This document shows, in pieces, positions 47,226 to 57,497 of a DNA stretch of 64,000 nt. Position 1 is the stretch's first letter. Every line of letters starts with the position of its first letter. Position numbers and translations under genes: made by a program. Below the pieces are notes generated by a model. The model worked only from the letters and a program-made list of their open reading frames with translations. It was not told where the DNA came from and did no database searches. Origin of the DNA: Pseudomonadota bacterium (lineage in GTDB: Bacteria > Desulfobacterota > Desulfobacteria > Desulfobacterales > RPRI01); NCBI GenBank assembly GCA_043825875.1, contig JBDRRF010000079.1:1-64000 (forward strand). Direction: 5' to 3'.

Positions 47226-49675
47226 TTAATACCTTTTTTTGTAAGCCAAAGCCTGTAAATACATGGTATTGCAATAACAGAGGAAAGAAATCCGACCAGA
47301 AGTCCTGTAAAAAGTATTGTCCCTATTGAAAATAACACAGGGTGTTTTGCAAAAAGCAGAACGCCGGTTCCTATCATACTTGTCAATGCAGCTAGAAACA
47401 CCGCCGTCTCCGTACCTGTATTGTAGTTATGGCAACATTTATAAACCATAAATATTCCGTAGTCACTGCAAAGCCCGACAAGAATCATGATTGCAATCAA
47501 ACATGGAGCATTCAAGCTTAAGCCGACTATGGGAAGAACACCCAAAGCTGCCGCCAGACCCATAAAAACCGGTACAAGCGCAAGGAAAGTCAGCTTAATA
47601 TCTTTTAGTAATATCATCATCAAAATAGGAAGAAAAATTCCTGCAATTATAGATATATATATAATCTCATGTGAAATTACATCTGAAAGAGCTGTTGAAA
47701 TTTGCTTTCTTGATACAATAAATGTATCCTGGTGTACTTTGCTTATTTTTGCAAATTCTGAAATATATGATTCTTCATCAGGAAAAAAAGTTAATACGTA
47801 AAAGCCTTTTTCATGTTTTAGAATAAACCTTTCTTTTATTTTTTTTAAAAATTCATTCTCATCAGTGTTTACTAAAACATCAGTACCATTATAAAGATTA
47901 TCAAAAAAAGGATTAAAAGCATTGTCAGAAAAATTATAAGCCCTGCCCTCTTTTGCAAAAAGCTCTTTTAATTTTGTAACCTTTTCTTTGGTCCAGAATT
48001 TTTCCCAAAAAACGGCATTCTCGCTTCTTGTTTTTAAAGAAGGCCATATAGCAGCAAAACTTGAAATATTGTCATTTCCAAATTTATTAACAGCCTTTTT
48101 ATATATAAGTTCTGTTACAAGAATTGCTTGTTCAGGATTTTTATTAAAAACAACCAGTATTGCAGGATCATCATTTTTTACCCATGCTTTTTTAAATGAA
48201 TCTTCCGCTTTAAATATTTCAGGATTGCTTCCGTCAAATTGCTTTATATCGCTGTCAAACTGAATTTTGGATAAGAAAAAAACCATTATAAGTGCTAATA
48301 ACACCCATATGAAAACCCATATTTTATCATTTATTTTGGCGGTGCTTTTTCTATCATCGGGTTTTGAAAATACTGCTAATCTGTTAAACAGGCCATGCAT
48401 CTTAAATTCATTGTTTGTTTCAACAAAAGGCGGCAGAAAATAAAGTGAGCAAATCAGTGAAAAAATAATGCTGATTACAGAAAACACTGCAAGCTGACGG
48501 TATCCGGGAACATCCGAAAAATAAAAAGCTGCAAAAATACCTATTGTTGTTAAAGTTCCTGCGATTACCGGCTTTTTTACCTGTTTAACGGCATCAAATC
48601 TGTTGCTGCTGCATCTTATGGCAGTATAAACGTGTATTCCGTAATCAACTGAAATGCCGGCTATAGTTGCTCCCATGCCTATAATAAAATAAGATAATTT
48701 ATCTAAAAAAAAGGAAGATAGGCTGACTGCAACCGCAACCGAAGCAAGGGGAATTAAAAAAACCAACCCGGCTTTTATATCACGGAAGAAAAACAAAAAT
48801 ACGAGAAAAAAAGCAACTGATGCAATTATCATTGTAAGCTGTATATCGCTTTTTATAACATCCTCATTGCTTATAGTATGAAGATGAGCAGAAATTATAT
48901 CAGAAGAAATATGAGGGGGAAGTGCATCAAGTTTTTCATGAAGATAAGCTATAAGCTTTCGCGATCCGAAACCATCGCTAACCGCAACCGGGGTTTTTAG
49001 TATCATTAAAGCATGTCTTTTGTCCCGGCTTAATAAATGGCCGTTTTTTATTATTACTTCATAACCGGTTGAAGAAGAAAATTTTTGCAATTTTTTAAGC
49101 AACCCGTTTTTTATTCCGAAAGGATCGGATCTTACAAACAAAGTTGCAAACATGCCAGATGGAGAAATGATCTGCATGTAATTTTTTTTCAAAACCAAAT
49201 TTATTCCATCCGTATTAATTAAAGAATCAATATTTAATAAAGTTTCTTTATCTGTAAGCTGGGGTGTGTATTTTAAAAATTCCAACATATCCTTAAAAGA
49301 TTCGGTTTCCGAAACATTAAAAAACACCTCGGTAATTGAAGGAGGTTCTAAGGATAATGCAAGACGGTCAACTTCTTTTATAAGATCGGTTTCCGTTTTA
49401 TTTACATCATTAAGCTTTAATGAAAGTACTATCTTTTCCGAAAATTCAGACTCTCTTAAAAAACGTATGCTTCTTATAATTTCAGTTTCTTCGGGAAGCA
49501 TCGACTCCATATTGTTGTCAAAAGAAACAAAAAAAAATCCGGCTACAGATATTGCAATAACAAGAAAAAAGATTCCGGTTATAATTAACTTCTTTTTTTT
49601 ATTGTTTATTTCGGATTTTATTTTTATATCATCCGGCAATGGGAATAAGCCTCCATGCGGCAGGTTCAATTTCAA
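47219..49675 (-). CDS. MMPL/RND-family lipid exporter
   Basis: two TM bundles, GISVDYGIH and GLCSDYGIF; start uncertain. Confidence 0.88.
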   Translation of the reverse strand: MKLNLPHGGLFPLPDDIKIKSEINNKKKKLIITGIFFLVIAISVAGFFFVSFDNNMESMLPEETEIIRSIRFLRESEFSEKIVLSLKLNDVNKTETDLIKEVDRLALSLEPPSITEVFFNVSETESFKDMLEFLKYTPQLTDKETLLNIDSLINTDGINLVLKKNYMQIISPSGMFATLFVRSDPFGIKNGLLKKLQKFSSSTGYEVIIKNGHLLSRDKRHALMILKTPVAVSDGFGSRKLIAYLHEKLDALPPHISSDIISAHLHTISNEDVIKSDIQLTMIIASVAFFLVFLFFFRDIKAGLVFLIPLASVAVAVSLSSFFLDKLSYFIIGMGATIAGISVDYGIHVYTAIRCSSNRFDAVKQVKKPVIAGTLTTIGIFAAFYFSDVPGYRQLAVFSVISIIFSLICSLYFLPPFVETNNEFKMHGLFNRLAVFSKPDDRKSTAKINDKIWVFIWVLLALIMVFFLSKIQFDSDIKQFDGSNPEIFKAEDSFKKAWVKNDDPAILVVFNKNPEQAILVTELIYKKAVNKFGNDNISSFAAIWPSLKTRSENAVFWEKFWTKEKVTKLKELFAKEGRAYNFSDNAFNPFFDNLYNGTDVLVNTDENEFLKKIKERFILKHEKGFYVLTFFPDEESYISEFAKISKVHQDTFIVSRKQISTALSDVISHEIIYISIIAGIFLPILMMILLKDIKLTFLALVPVFMGLAAALGVLPIVGLSLNAPCLIAIMILVGLCSDYGIFMVYKCCHNYNTGTETAVFLAALTSMIGTGVLLFAKHPVLFSIGTILFTGLLVGFLSSVIAIPCIYRLWLTKKGIKC

Positions 49676-50303
49676 TATTTACATTTGTGTCAACAAACAT
49701 GAGTGAGGTTGTATCACCGCTTTTTTCCTCAATAAAAATTTTCTGGATGTATTGTTCGTCTTTTCTGAAATCAACTGTTACGCTTTTAATAACATTGCCT
49801 GCAAAGGTTTCAGTCTTTGGAACAAACTTTAGTGATACGGGTTTATCGCAAACAAGGATAACATCATAATCTTTTACCAGCTGTGTGTAAGCGCCTGAAA
49901 ACCATCCCCGCATCTGACCGATAACTGCTTCAAATGCCGGATTTTTTGACAGAGAAATCTTTTGAACCTTTTTTGTATCTTCATCCCACTGGCTGATAGT
50001 ATTTTCGGACATAATCATAATATATTGCAAAGGCTCATTTACACGCCATGCCAGCCGATACGGTTTTTCGATATAAATCATTCCTTTTAATACAACTTTA
50101 CTGTTAAAAACTGCCAGTTCTTTTTCCTGAATAAATGCGGTTTTTAAGGTTTTTATCTTTGCCATCTTTGTTTCAAGCCTTTGCAATACCTCATCTAAAT
50201 CGGTTTTGTTATCAGCCATAGTATTTGTTTGCTCTGCCAATACTGATGCTGCAAATAAAATCATCAGCATTAAAAGAGTAAATATTCGTATCGTTTTAAA
50301 CAT
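49629..50303 (-). CDS. LolA-like outer-membrane lipoprotein carrier
   Basis: signal peptide, FIQEKEL, KP..LAW..P, EKSGDTT. Confidence 0.85.
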   Translation of the reverse strand: MFKTIRIFTLLMLMILFAASVLAEQTNTMADNKTDLDEVLQRLETKMAKIKTLKTAFIQEKELAVFNSKVVLKGMIYIEKPYRLAWRVNEPLQYIMIMSENTISQWDEDTKKVQKISLSKNPAFEAVIGQMRGWFSGAYTQLVKDYDVILVCDKPVSLKFVPKTETFAGNVIKSVTVDFRKDEQYIQKIFIEEKSGDTTSLMFVDTNVNIEIEPAAWRLIPIAG

Positions 50304-50315
50304 TGCCTGTTCCTT

Positions 50316-51410
50316 TTATTCCTGATCCGTATTATGCCAGATCTTAATCTCTCCAAAAGCAAGTACTTCGTTATCTCTTTTAATAATCCCTTTTACTATG
50401 CCGAAACCACCAAACTTGGCATACTTAAAAACATAGATAGAAAGTCTATCTCCAACCTTTGCGTTAGAGTTTATAATAAGTTTTTTTCCTCCCAGAAGAT
50501 AACCTTCCGGAGCAGAACCAGTTGCTTCCATATTTCTGAACCCATTGAGTGCGGCAATAGATTGTGCCATCATTTCAAAGTAAGCGACATTATCTATACT
50601 GCCGTCTTTTTCCGCAAAAGGCATCCCTTCTTTGATCAACACAGAACATTTTGCGCTGCGTTCCGCCAATTTGTCAATTGTATCAATAATTCGCATAGGA
50701 GGCATTTGCGGTATTATTCCATCAAGTTGCTGTGGAAGGGAGATAATGTCATATCTGCGTTCTTCATTTCTTTCACATAAAGGGTCTGGCGCAAGATAAT
50801 CTCCTGTAATAAGATACGATCTGCCACGGCATCCATAACATATTTTGGCTTTTTCGCATATGCGACATGGCCCTTTTATTTTATTTTTGTAGTCTTTCAA
50901 ATCGCATAATATTTCACTGTCTTTTATAATATCGCTTAGCTTTTGATAATGGATATTTCCCAAAGGTATTTTAAGCCCCGGACAGGGCAAAACATAACCG
51001 TAAGATGTAACAATGCATGAATATCTATGGCGCATACATAAAGCGGGAGTACTTTTTTCTGAATATGCATTACAAAAACACTGTTCATCCAAGATAGTAG
51101 CATCAATACCAAGACTTTTTGCAAAAGATAAAACATTTTGTATTTTGGGGAAGTATTTAACTCCTTTCCCTGAAACTACAATCACTTTTACCCCAAGAGC
51201 TTTTGCCTCATTGATTATATCGCAGATCTTTTCATCAGAAAGTTTATTTTCCGGCAATGAAACAGGATTAATAAAGGCTGTAGAAAACCCGAAATCAACC
51301 GGATCTCCCAAATATATTTCAAGAGCATAAAGATTGTTTGCCTTATCTTCATTCATATCCTTATTAAAGGAAAACAGGGAGTCGAATATCCGGCTGCATG
51401 ATTCAGCCAT
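50316..51410 (-). CDS. degenerate radical SAM/SPASM domain fused to hotdog dehydratase-like domain
   Basis: no CxxxCxxC; SPASM CMRH..C..PCPG..GNI..CRIC..CYGCRGR..DPLC; C-terminal IPQMPPMRIID..EMMAQ. Confidence 0.75.
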   Translation of the reverse strand: MAESCSRIFDSLFSFNKDMNEDKANNLYALEIYLGDPVDFGFSTAFINPVSLPENKLSDEKICDIINEAKALGVKVIVVSGKGVKYFPKIQNVLSFAKSLGIDATILDEQCFCNAYSEKSTPALCMRHRYSCIVTSYGYVLPCPGLKIPLGNIHYQKLSDIIKDSEILCDLKDYKNKIKGPCRICEKAKICYGCRGRSYLITGDYLAPDPLCERNEERRYDIISLPQQLDGIIPQMPPMRIIDTIDKLAERSAKCSVLIKEGMPFAEKDGSIDNVAYFEMMAQSIAALNGFRNMEATGSAPEGYLLGGKKLIINSNAKVGDRLSIYVFKYAKFGGFGIVKGIIKRDNEVLAFGEIKIWHNTDQE

Positions 51411-52167
51411 CTTTTTTACTTTCCATTATTTTGATCTCATCTATCATTATCTGACGAACTCTGTTTTTTAATTTAAAAGGGCTGTAATTTTTATATTCAT
51501 CATCAGTTATGGTTTTAAGCTTATGTATTTTTATGACCCCGGGTCTTAAAAGAAGGGTTCCTCTTGCCGGAATATTTTCATTTCCTGTAATGCATACGGG
51601 CACAATCGGATATCCTGATTTAAGCGCAACTCTGAACATTGAACTGTGAAACTGCCCAACCGAACCATCTTTAGAGCGGGTCCCTTCAGGAAAAGCAGCA
51701 ATGGATACACCTTCGTTTAAAAGCTCAATAGTTTTTTTCTCAAAATCTTCAAACGGCATTTCTCTTACACTCAAATATCCGGCACTTTTTGCCATAAAGC
51801 CAAGTATCGGGATTTTAAAAGGCCAAATGTTTACTACCTGTATAACTTCTTTATATGGAAGATAAGCCATCAGAAAAGGATCAGAGGCTGATCTGTGATT
51901 ACAGATAAAAATAAACGGCCCCGGATTGTTTGATGCATCAACATCCTTATAAAATATACGCACAAAAGGAAATGGAAGAACCTTGCATACTCCAATACCA
52001 TACCAGGCAACAGCTCTGCGAAATTTTTTCATTGCTTTCCGATGGGAAATAAACAGAGCCTGAATTGCTACAATAAGAGAAAAAAGTGGAATCCCAAAAA
52101 CAGAAAAAACGATAAAGAAAAAATAAAATAGTAAATTGAAAAAAAATAGTGTAAAAAAGTCTTTCAT
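51403..52167 (-). CDS. PlsC-like lysophospholipid acyltransferase
   Basis: NHRSASD, FPEGTRS. Confidence 0.92.
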   Translation of the reverse strand: MKDFFTLFFFNLLFYFFFIVFSVFGIPLFSLIVAIQALFISHRKAMKKFRRAVAWYGIGVCKVLPFPFVRIFYKDVDASNNPGPFIFICNHRSASDPFLMAYLPYKEVIQVVNIWPFKIPILGFMAKSAGYLSVREMPFEDFEKKTIELLNEGVSIAAFPEGTRSKDGSVGQFHSSMFRVALKSGYPIVPVCITGNENIPARGTLLLRPGVIKIHKLKTITDDEYKNYSPFKLKNRVRQIMIDEIKIMESKKDG

Positions 52168-52191
52168 CTTAATTAATAGAGCATTTCTGTA

Positions 52192-52443
52192 TCAATATTC
52201 TGCTTTTAATGTAAATATGAAATTATATATATCCTGAAGCGTTCTTATGGTCTGTATCCTCTCGTCGTTTCGTATTTTTACGCCGAATTTCTCCTGTAAA
52301 GCCACAACAAGATCTACCACATCCAAACTATCTAACCCTAGATCCTGGAATATATTCACTTCCGGTTTTAATAGTTCTTTTTCGATTTCAAACGATTCTT
52401 CAAAAACCTGATTTGTCAGTTTAATTATCTCTTGTTCTGTCAT
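52192..52443 (-). CDS. acyl carrier protein
   Basis: DLGLDSLDVVDL. Confidence 0.93.
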   Translation of the reverse strand: MTEQEIIKLTNQVFEESFEIEKELLKPEVNIFQDLGLDSLDVVDLVVALQEKFGVKIRNDERIQTIRTLQDIYNFIFTLKAEY

Positions 52444-52467
52444 TTAATATCCCGTTATATTTTATAA

Positions 52468-53691
52468 TTACTTCAATTTTTGGCATATTATTGAAGCATT
52501 GATTCCTCCGAAAGCAAAACAATTTTTAACTATTACATCAATCTTTCTTGTTAATTTTTCAGTTACATGGAAAATACCATCACATTCAGGGCTAACTGTT
52601 TCAAGATTTAATGTGGGATATATACATCCTTTTTCCATCATAATAAGTGATGCTATTAACTCAATTGAGCCGGATGCTCCCAGAGTATGCCCCATATATC
52701 CTTTAAGGCTGCTTACGGGAATATGATCTCCAAATACTTCTTTTATGGCTTCAGCTTCTTCCTTATCTCCATTTAGAGTAGCTGTTGCATGGGCGTTTAT
52801 ATAATCGACTTCACCGGCTTTAATTTTAGCTTCTTTTAGTGTTTGCTTAAAACAGGCTACCATTGAATCCTTGTTGGATTTACTTATATGTACTCCGCTT
52901 CCGCATGTATGATAGCCGGTAATTTCAGCATAAATTTTGGCATTTCTTTTTAATGCATGTTCATATTCTTCAACAAGAAGAATACCACTTCCTTCTCCGC
53001 AAACAAGACCATCTCTTTTTACATCAAAAGGACGGGGCGTTTTATGGGGTTCATTATTGTATCCGGCTGATGTAGCAAAAAGGATATCGAAAGAACCGGT
53101 AACGGTCGGGTGAAGATCTTCTGCTCCACCACATAATACTGCATCCTGTTTTCCGAGTCTTATAAGATCATAAGCAGCACCTATAGCCTGAAGAGCCGAA
53201 GCACATGCCGCCGATGTTGCAAGAACATAGCCTGTAATTCCCAGATACTGTGCTGTATTCATTGCAGCTGTATGGGAGATACATTGAAAAAACTTCATTG
53301 AAGAAAGTTTTGTAAGATCTTTATCGGGAATCATAATTTCAAAAGTATCATTAATACTTTCAGCACTTCCCATGGTAGACCCAATTATGCATCCCAGGCG
53401 ACCTGATGAAAGCAGTTTACGGTCTATACCTGCATCCAAAAGAGCCTGTTCGGCAGCCTGAACCGAAAATATGCTCATTCTTCCCATTGATCTTCTGCTT
53501 GAACGTGGGATAGCCTTTTCATTTACCATCTTTGCAGGTGCCCCCACAAGACTTCTCAAGCCTATATATTTATCCCAACCATCCATGTAACGAACGCCGC
53601 TTTTTCCGGCCTCAATACCGCTGATCATGGCCTGTACATCAGTGCCCAATGGAGAAACAGCTCCTATACCGGTAATAACAACTCTTTTCAA
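52468..53691 (-). CDS. beta-ketoacyl-ACP synthase (FabF/FabB-like)
   Basis: SAACAS, NAHATAT, KGYMGHTLG, FAFGG. Confidence 0.93.
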   Translation of the reverse strand: MKRVVITGIGAVSPLGTDVQAMISGIEAGKSGVRYMDGWDKYIGLRSLVGAPAKMVNEKAIPRSSRRSMGRMSIFSVQAAEQALLDAGIDRKLLSSGRLGCIIGSTMGSAESINDTFEIMIPDKDLTKLSSMKFFQCISHTAAMNTAQYLGITGYVLATSAACASALQAIGAAYDLIRLGKQDAVLCGGAEDLHPTVTGSFDILFATSAGYNNEPHKTPRPFDVKRDGLVCGEGSGILLVEEYEHALKRNAKIYAEITGYHTCGSGVHISKSNKDSMVACFKQTLKEAKIKAGEVDYINAHATATLNGDKEEAEAIKEVFGDHIPVSSLKGYMGHTLGASGSIELIASLIMMEKGCIYPTLNLETVSPECDGIFHVTEKLTRKIDVIVKNCFAFGGINASIICQKLK

Positions 53692-55193
53692 CTTTCAAGC
53701 CTTTTTTTAATAAAATCAATATATAAATCTTTTCCGACAACGCTGCGTCCTATTATAAAAGACGAAAGCATAGCACCTACAATTCCGGGAAGCACCGCAC
53801 TTTGCCCGGCTGCATAAACATTTCGTATAGGAAGTTTTCCGAAAAGATTAAACTGCCCGATTTTCTGTTTTATTCCGTATGCAGAACCATCGGGCGAATT
53901 AAGATAATCCTTAAAGGTCAGCATTGATGCCGCATCTAATACCTTGAAAGAATCTTTATATTCCGGGTAAACCATAAATATTCTTTTCATTATGTTTTCA
54001 ATGCGGTCTTTCTTATATTCCTGATATGCTTTAGGACGTTTGCCCAGTTTGGAATCTTTCCAGTCCCTGACATGCTCTGTAAAAGAAAGCTCAAGAGCAG
54101 AAACAACCATATGCTTTTTCCCGTTCACTGTTTCCTGATTCTTCAATATAACAAGAGCCGGATTGCCGGAATATAAGGGATCTATAATCCGATTCATATC
54201 AGTGGTTGAAAAAACCGATAGAATGGTAGGTTCAGAGTCTCTGTCCGTGGGAATGTAATTTTGTACTACTCCAAACAAAGCAAAAAAGCCGGCTGACGAT
54301 TCAAAGGCATTCACCCTATTTATAAATGCTTTCGTAAGATGTTTTTTGGGAAGAACATCTAAAATTGCAGCGGGATGTATAGTAAAAACACATCGGTCTG
54401 CAATAATTTCTTCGCCGGTATTTAACACAAATCTTCCAGCAATATTGTTATTTACATCTGCACATTCTGAAATACAGCTTTCAGTACGTATATCAATATC
54501 ATAATCGATAAACCGCTTTTTAAAAGCCCTGATAAAAGCATCCCCCCCGTCTTTTACCCTTGCAACAGATTCATAAAGCCCGAAACTTACCCTGCTGTGA
54601 TTTGCAAAAGATATTTCCGAAGGTTTTACTCCATAGCACATACAGTATTTTGAAAGCAGTCCTTTAAGCCTGTTATTTTCCGTAAGCTTATTTAATACCT
54701 CCTCTAAGCTGATATAATCTTCATCAATCCAGTGGTGGGAAAGTGAAATATTTCGCAAGTCAAGCGACACTGTTTTGTTGCAGACTTTTAAAATCATATC
54801 GAAATATTGATCAATAGCCTTTTTCTCTCCCGGAAAATACTCTATCATTCTTGCTTTTTTTTCGTCATAGCCAAATGGAAAATCATAAACCGAATTGTCT
54901 TCTTCAAATATTAATCTGATTCCATCATCTTTGGTTATGAATATAGGCTGAATCTGATCTCTTATTCCAAGAACAGCAAGCATGTCAGACAGAATTCCGT
55001 TTTTATAAAATCCTCCCGTAAAGTGAAAGCCGGTATCAAGCGGTATTCCCTGTTTATAAAACCTGGCCATTGAACCGCCGATATTTTTGCTTTTTTCAAG
55101 AAGCAGTACTCGATGACCGTTCATCCCAAGCAAAAGTGCAAGGGTCATCCCGCTTATTCCGCTTCCAACAACAATATCGTCATATTTCTTCAT
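53688..55193 (-). CDS. phytoene-desaturase/retinol-saturase-like FAD oxidoreductase
   Basis: VGSGISG..LEK..GG, DTGFHFTGG, GSAYG, AGQS..PGIVG. Confidence 0.88.
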   Translation of the reverse strand: MKKYDDIVVGSGISGMTLALLLGMNGHRVLLLEKSKNIGGSMARFYKQGIPLDTGFHFTGGFYKNGILSDMLAVLGIRDQIQPIFITKDDGIRLIFEEDNSVYDFPFGYDEKKARMIEYFPGEKKAIDQYFDMILKVCNKTVSLDLRNISLSHHWIDEDYISLEEVLNKLTENNRLKGLLSKYCMCYGVKPSEISFANHSRVSFGLYESVARVKDGGDAFIRAFKKRFIDYDIDIRTESCISECADVNNNIAGRFVLNTGEEIIADRCVFTIHPAAILDVLPKKHLTKAFINRVNAFESSAGFFALFGVVQNYIPTDRDSEPTILSVFSTTDMNRIIDPLYSGNPALVILKNQETVNGKKHMVVSALELSFTEHVRDWKDSKLGKRPKAYQEYKKDRIENIMKRIFMVYPEYKDSFKVLDAASMLTFKDYLNSPDGSAYGIKQKIGQFNLFGKLPIRNVYAAGQSAVLPGIVGAMLSSFIIGRSVVGKDLYIDFIKKRLES

Positions 55194-55213
55194 TCAATAT
55201 GTTTCCGTAAGTT

Positions 55214-55948
55214 TTATATTGCAAGGCCGCCATTAATACCTATAACCTGACCGTGAATATACATATTTTCTTCGGTGCATAAAAAATTTACTACTGATGC
55301 CACATCTTCTGGCTTCCCAAACCTGTTAATCGGAATAAGGGGCAGCAATTTATTTTTATCTAAAGATTCAACCATATCAGTTAAAATAAGTCCTGGGGCC
55401 ACAGCATTGACAAAAATATTTCTTTTCCCGATTTCCCTTGCAAGCGCTTTAACAGCTCCTATTAATCCTGCTTTTGAAGCCGAGTAATTTACCTGGCCTG
55501 CCTGTCCGATTTGTCCTGAAGTTGATGAAACAACTATAATACGCCCTCTTTTTTCCCGCAGCATTGGAAAAAGCACTGTGTTTATAACATTATAAAACCC
55601 ATCAAGATTTACAGAAAGGACGGAATCCCATTCTTCTTTTGTCATCCAGACCATCAGATTATCTCTTGATATTCCCGAATTGAACACAACTACATGGGGG
55701 GGATGTTCATCCGACTTTTTTTCAAGAGCGGCTTTTGTGGCATCATGGTCGGAAATATCAAATGCACTGATTTCGCATTTTTTACCTATAGTTTCTATCT
55801 CAGATTTTACCTTATTTGCCGCTTCATGATTGCTTTGATAGGTTAACCAGATATCAAACCCGGATTGCGCAAGACGAAGAGCAATTGCACGTCCAATTCC
55901 CCTGCTTCCACCTATAACAAGAGCTGTTTTCCCATTAGATTCTTTCAT
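55214..55948 (-). CDS. fabG: 3-oxoacyl-ACP reductase
   Basis: GGSRGIG, NYSASK, NAVAPG, GQVIGINGG. Confidence 0.93.
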   Translation of the reverse strand: MKESNGKTALVIGGSRGIGRAIALRLAQSGFDIWLTYQSNHEAANKVKSEIETIGKKCEISAFDISDHDATKAALEKKSDEHPPHVVVFNSGISRDNLMVWMTKEEWDSVLSVNLDGFYNVINTVLFPMLREKRGRIIVVSSTSGQIGQAGQVNYSASKAGLIGAVKALAREIGKRNIFVNAVAPGLILTDMVESLDKNKLLPLIPINRFGKPEDVASVVNFLCTEENMYIHGQVIGINGGLAI

Positions 55949-56423
55949 CTGCTAATACCATCCCTTAATACGCCAATCGCTATTGATCTTTGAAATATAC
56001 AATAAATACAATTTGTACAGATTATTCATAGTAAGTATTTATTATATCCTGTAAAGCAGAGTTGCAATATGATTAAAAGTTTTATTTAATATAAGTTATT
56101 ACAGAAATCGTCAATATAATAGTTCGGCTGTAAAAGCTGAAATGCCGGATACAATATTTACATTTCTTTATTATTTTAAAATGTTATAAATATAGCACAG
56201 TTATTATTAGGAAGGAATATTTACCGTAATGTGGTTTAGCTGGTTAATCAGTTCATTCAGATTTTATATCGTATCAAGAAATTATTTGCTTTAATGCTTA
56301 TTTTAGCTATGATAAAAAAATGCTTATTTATTGACAACAATAAAATTGTTGATTAAAGTCGATATATTAGTTTATGGTGTTTTTTGTTAATTTGCCTCTT
56401 TCATTTTTGCCAAATAATATTTA

Positions 56424-57098
56424 TTGGAACTATCAAAAGTGCAACACACAAACATATTAAAAAATATACCGATTTTTTCCTGCCTTGATGAGGATGAACT
56501 TTTTGAACTTACAAGAGTAGCAAACAAAAAGGTATTTCCTAAAAATTCTCTTTTGATTAATGAAGGTGACAAAACCGATTCTCTTTATATTATTACAAAC
56601 GGCAAAGTAAAAGCAGTTATTACAGATGAAAACGGGAAAGAGGTTATACTTTCGATTTTCGGACCCGGAGAATATTTTGGTGAGCTAGCCTTCATAGATG
56701 GTGAAGATAGATCAGCCAGCATAATTACCAGGGAACCCACAGAAGTTTTGATCATATCAAGAGAAGGCATCAGAGATATTTTAGCTTCAAATCCAAATCT
56801 TGCATTTAATTTGCTGATCGGGGTTGTAACAAGGCTTCGCGAAGCTAATAAACAAATAGAAAGCCTTGCTCTTATGGATGTATACGGCCGTGTGGCAAGA
56901 CTTCTTGTCCATCTTGCCAAACCCCTTGGCAAGAAACTATGTATTGAAGAAAAGCTTACTCACCAGGAAATTGCAAACATGACCGGCTCTTCAAGAGAAA
57001 TGGTCAGCCGTATTTTTAAAGATCTTGTATATGGCGGATATATAATCGTAAAAAACAAGCAGATTACTTTAAATAAACAGCTTCCGTATTCCTGGTAA
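56424..57098 (+). CDS. Crp/Fnr family cNMP-binding transcriptional regulator
   Basis: FGELAFIDGEDRSAS, LTHQEIANMTGSSREMVSR; TTG start. Confidence 0.92.
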   Translation: MELSKVQHTNILKNIPIFSCLDEDELFELTRVANKKVFPKNSLLINEGDKTDSLYIITNGKVKAVITDENGKEVILSIFGPGEYFGELAFIDGEDRSASIITREPTEVLIISREGIRDILASNPNLAFNLLIGVVTRLREANKQIESLALMDVYGRVARLLVHLAKPLGKKLCIEEKLTHQEIANMTGSSREMVSRIFKDLVYGGYIIVKNKQITLNKQLPYSW

Positions 57099-57163
57099 TC
57101 ATTCATATCCGGTATTTAATTCTTTTGATTCACGCCAATAATTAATCACTTTGCCAAAAGTTA

Positions 57164-57286
57164 TAAAAAGTCCCCAAACCGTCATACCGGCGAAAGCCTG
57201 TATCCGGAACATATTGAGATCACTGGATTCCGGATCGGGTCCGGCATGACGAAACAGGCATTTTCCGACTTTTTACGGGATCATCA
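57164..57286. repeat. MITE (TAAAAAGTC/GACTTTTTACG ends) containing a GTCATACCGG REP
   Basis: gtcataccggcgaaagcctgtatccgg..ctggattccggatcgggtccggcatgac at 57181-57250. Confidence 0.75.
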
Positions 57287-57497
57287 CTTTTTACGAAATT
57301 GTCACTTTTTATTTTCACATCAATATTTATCATGATTGACACCTGCATTTTTCTCGTGTTACTAATTAAAAATTATTAAAATGCTAAAAGCTGCAAACTC
57401 TTTTATTGCTGCAAATTCAGGCAGTAATGGTTTTGAATAACTTACAGTTGTCACATCGGAGGTTATTTTAAAACCTCGTTGCTATAAGGTTGTTACT

